A DNA stretch of 28,497 nucleotides from contig JBQTHX010000068.1 of the NCBI GenBank assembly GCA_052389415.1, positions 1 to 28,497 on the forward strand, read 5' to 3'. Each line of letters starts with the position of its first letter. The first letter of the stretch is position 1. The position numbers and the translations under genes are program-made. The notes under the pieces were generated by a model. It saw only the letters and a list, made by a program, of their open reading frames with translations, ran no database searches and was not told where the DNA came from. Source of the DNA: Nitrosopumilaceae archaeon. GTDB taxonomy: Archaea > Thermoproteota > Nitrososphaeria > Nitrososphaerales > Nitrosopumilaceae. Positions 25,699 to 28,497 of the stretch are shown here, one piece after another.

Positions 25699-27907
25699 GC
25701 TGGGCCCTCGACTTTCTCATCTTTAAAATCTGTTCTTCCCTTCTTGGTCGCATTACTAACACATAGGTTGCAGCAGCCAAGTAAATTCCAAGTAATACTA
25801 TTTGTGCAATCACTGTTTCAAGTGTTGGATGAATTCCTGTCATGGTTGACAAGTTAATGTCTAATCGTGGAATGGTTCCAATCATATTTGTAACTGGAAC
25901 AATATCCAGAGTTTGTAGTTCTCTTACTGCATTTCCAATAAATGCAATTGATAGATATGCTCCTACTCCCATGGTTAGTCCAAAGAGTGCCTTTAGCGGC
26001 AATCTCTTTCCAACTTTTCTCATGGTATAATATACAACAAATAATACTGCAATTCCCAAAACAAAACCCAATCCCACATAGACTTCCATGTATTTTGCAA
26101 AACCAAACATTGCTTGATAGAAAAGCACTGTCTCAAAGCCTTCTCTATACACTGTGAAAAATGAGAGCATAACAAAGACTGTAAAACCGCCAGTGGCAGA
26201 GGCTTGCCAGACCTTGGCCTTGACAAACTCCATCCATTTTTTTGTCTCTATCTTGTTTAGGATCCAAAAGCTGACATAGAATAATACTGCAGTAGCAGAG
26301 AGTGCCGCTATAGCTTCAATGAGTTCGCGATTTGCGCCAGAAATCTCGATAACATATGATGCGATAAACCAAGTTACTGCAGTTGCAGCAATCGCTGCTA
26401 CTACTCCATAGTAAACATATGGTTTGAACTTTGTATTTCTTGATGCTTCAAGATATGTCAGTATTGCACCAAGAATCAAGACAGACTCTAGTCCTTCTCT
26501 AAAGATTAGTGCAAAAGATGATGAAAAAGCAATTGTCGGAGCTAGAGTGCCAGTACCAGTGACTAGTCTTTCAGACTCGTCAAGACTGCGCTTGATTGCA
26601 ATTGTGGCTTCTTGGACCTCTTCATAGTTTGCTCTTTTGTTGATAAGATTTCTCAACTCTGCAAATTGAATCTCTGCTTCCAAAGTAAAGTTTGGATCAA
26701 TTGCTCGCAGTGGTATCTCCACATGTTCATAACTGTCAAGATATGCAATTCTTGCAGTAGCATATGCTGACTGATAATCGCCTTCCTTGTACTGGACTAG
26801 TAATGACTGTAGACTGGTACGGATAAAGTCAACCTGACCTTGTACTCCTGACTTTTGTTCTGCTGAAGCAGAACCCATGGGTAAGACCTCATTTTCAGTT
26901 GATATTGAAAGTTCTGTTGGTGCAAGGTTTGCTTGGGGTAGTTTTGATACGAGATTTTCAGCAATATCAAGATCTATCAAAATAGCACCAATCTTTTGTT
27001 TAATTATTCCAGGTGTAGAATGCTGTTTTATGACATTTCGGAGGTCCTCTCTCATGGCAATCTCTAGTTTGTGAAGTAGGGCAGAGTCTACAAGGTCGAT
27101 ATCGGCCTCTAGATACTCGAAATTCTCAAGATATGCCTCGATTGATAATTGCTCTGCCTTTACATAATTTCCTCCATCGACTTCAACCTGTAGTTGTTTG
27201 TATAATTCACGGATAACATCATACAGGTTTTGATTTATGGCACTTTGTGTTCCAAGGATGTCACGTTGGATAGCAGTAATTAATGTTCCAACCTTGACAA
27301 AATCTTCTCTTGATGATACCATGGCATCAAGTTCTTCAAAAAATGACTCTAGTTCAGAATGTTGTCTCTGATCAAAATCGCCACTAGAATCAAAGATCTC
27401 TTCAACTTGAACAAGAATCGCATTTGATATTTGATACGATGCTTCAATATTTTTTGAAGTTCCTTCTTCATATTTCTCATCAGCAACTGCAAGCATCTGT
27501 GCCATGACATTTTTTGTTAAACCTTGATCAGATTTTAGATCTTCAAGCAACGCTCTTGCGCTAGAAATTTTTTGTGCGATACTATCAGATGAAACATTTG
27601 ATTGTACATCAGCCTGGATATCAACTAAAATAAGATGAACTTCATCAGCCAAAGTCGCATCTACAGCTCGTGCATCTTGTAATGAATCTGCAAAAGTATC
27701 TGAAGCAAATTTAGAGTAAACATTGGCAGCATCATAGTTTCCTTTAATGACATTTTGTTCTGTCAGCTCCAGACCAACCAAGACCAGTTCTTTGTTGCTG
27801 TAAAGTGATACTTGATCCATAGATTGAGCAGAAATGTTCTGCATTGGAAATGCAGTTAGAGAAATTATTGTAAATATACCAAGTGCAAATATGGTAAACT
27901 TCATCAA
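25688..27907 (-). CDS. FTR1/EfeU-family iron permease with large N-terminal ectodomain
   Basis: Two RExxE motifs (REGLE, REGFE) in a multi-TM C-terminal domain; signal peptide followed by a ~430-aa helical ectodomain; start is probably the ATG at 27904. Confidence 0.92.
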   Translation of the reverse strand: MMKFTIFALGIFTIISLTAFPMQNISAQSMDQVSLYSNKELVLVGLELTEQNVIKGNYDAANVYSKFASDTFADSLQDARAVDATLADEVHLILVDIQADVQSNVSSDSIAQKISSARALLEDLKSDQGLTKNVMAQMLAVADEKYEEGTSKNIEASYQISNAILVQVEEIFDSSGDFDQRQHSELESFFEELDAMVSSREDFVKVGTLITAIQRDILGTQSAINQNLYDVIRELYKQLQVEVDGGNYVKAEQLSIEAYLENFEYLEADIDLVDSALLHKLEIAMREDLRNVIKQHSTPGIIKQKIGAILIDLDIAENLVSKLPQANLAPTELSISTENEVLPMGSASAEQKSGVQGQVDFIRTSLQSLLVQYKEGDYQSAYATARIAYLDSYEHVEIPLRAIDPNFTLEAEIQFAELRNLINKRANYEEVQEATIAIKRSLDESERLVTGTGTLAPTIAFSSSFALIFREGLESVLILGAILTYLEASRNTKFKPYVYYGVVAAIAATAVTWFIASYVIEISGANRELIEAIAALSATAVLFYVSFWILNKIETKKWMEFVKAKVWQASATGGFTVFVMLSFFTVYREGFETVLFYQAMFGFAKYMEVYVGLGFVLGIAVLFVVYYTMRKVGKRLPLKALFGLTMGVGAYLSIAFIGNAVRELQTLDIVPVTNMIGTIPRLDINLSTMTGIHPTLETVIAQIVLLGIYLAAATYVLVMRPRREEQILKMRKSRAQLEV

Positions 27908-27917
27908 ATAACGACAA

Positions 27918-27931
27918 TTAGGACAAGCTAA
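27918..27931. promoter_or_regulatory. DtxR/MntR-type box TTAGG-ACAA-GCTAA
   Basis: Immediately downstream of minus-strand TTTAAATA (27942-27935) of the FTR1 operon. Confidence 0.72.
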
Positions 27932-27950
27932 CTTTATTTAAATCAGAAAG

Positions 27951-27972
27951 TCATTCTAAAACTTTAGAATGA
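27951..27972. promoter_or_regulatory. Perfect 10-2-10 palindrome TCATTCTAAA-AC-TTTAGAATGA between divergent promoters
   Basis: Seen directly; sits 8 and 11 bp upstream of the two divergent TATA boxes. Confidence 0.6.
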
Positions 27973-27992
27973 GATTCGCGTCGTTTAAATAG

Positions 27993-28006
27993 TTAGGCTG
28001 ACCTAA
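27993..28006. promoter_or_regulatory. DtxR/MntR-type box TTAGG-CTGA-CCTAA
   Basis: Perfect palindromic arms, between TTTAAATA (27984-27991) and the ATG at 28018. Confidence 0.75.
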
Positions 28007-28017
28007 TTGTAAAAAAG

Positions 28018-28347
28018 ATGGCAAAACGACTCTCACTTTCTCAATTAAAAAAGTATGATGTGAATCAAAAGATTCTAGAGGCGTTAGCAGATGCACAGTC
28101 ACGATCAATTCTGTTTTCAGTCATAAAAGAAGGAAAGACTGCGGCAGAGCTAGCAGAAGACCACAGAATCCCTCTAAGTTCGGTATACAAGAAAATTTCT
28201 GATCTTGAAGACCTTTCATTACTCAAAGTAGAACGATGGGTTCTTGCAGATAATGGAAAAAAATTCAAACTGTACAAAAGTAGGATAAGCAAGGCGGATG
28301 TTTCCATAAGAAAACCAGAACCAGTAATTAGTTTATCACCAAATTAA
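28018..28347 (+). CDS. Winged helix-turn-helix transcriptional regulator (ArsR-like)
   Basis: LADAQSRSILFS..KTAAELAEDHRIPLSSVYKKISDL HTH plus wing. Confidence 0.88.
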   Translation: MAKRLSLSQLKKYDVNQKILEALADAQSRSILFSVIKEGKTAAELAEDHRIPLSSVYKKISDLEDLSLLKVERWVLADNGKKFKLYKSRISKADVSIRKPEPVISLSPN

Positions 28348-28497
28348 TGGGTAGAACCATTATTTTGAGACAGACTCTTTATTGGCTGGTTGTAGCTAGA
28401 AATTCTTTCTAGTAATTTATTTGTCAGTCACATTCTATAGAGTTATTATATGATCTTAGAATCATCTGAACTCTACTTTTTGTACATGCGGTTGAAA

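Noticed and set aside
426-28307. Numerous antisense or alternative-frame ORFs in the track (e.g. 4449-4880, 6822-7160, 18528-18962, 20304-20642, 25388-25726)
   Set aside because: Shadows of well-supported genes, with no motifs or promoters of their own.
1-28497. CRISPR arrays, tRNA or rRNA genes
   Set aside because: No regularly spaced direct repeats or cloverleaf/rRNA signatures were found in any intergenic gap.

Overview
AT-rich archaeal DNA, most likely from an ammonia-oxidising archaeon (Nitrososphaerota, Nitrosopumilaceae-like), judged from the thermosome, PurP, aspS-gatCAB, a PEFG-CTERM protein and TATA-driven leaderless genes. It has three blocks. (1) ~0.7-14.85 kb is a dense stress/dormancy-type island: three universal stress proteins, five CBS-domain proteins (one fused to an HPF/RaiA-like domain, a candidate ribosome hibernation factor), two Hsp20s, a frameshifted extra thermosome subunit, a PAC2 chaperone, MgtE, a divergent LDH/MDH, an FMN-binding split-barrel protein and two candidate regulators. 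Nearly every promoter in the island carries the same palindrome, ATTNTCA-N4-TGANAAT, about 8-12 bp upstream of a TATA-like box. (2) 14.8-20.7 kb is housekeeping: aspS-gatC-gatA-gatB and purP. (3) 20.7-28.5 kb holds a secreted protein, a structured ~100-nt inverted-repeat element and a putative iron-uptake locus. That locus comprises an FTR1 permease with a large ectodomain, a hydantoinase/oxoprolinase-family gene and a PEFG-CTERM paralogue of the ectodomain, with three TTAGG-N4-(C/G)CTAA DtxR/MntR-type boxes. No rRNA, tRNA, CRISPR array or transposase was seen. All calls are by eye, without database searches.
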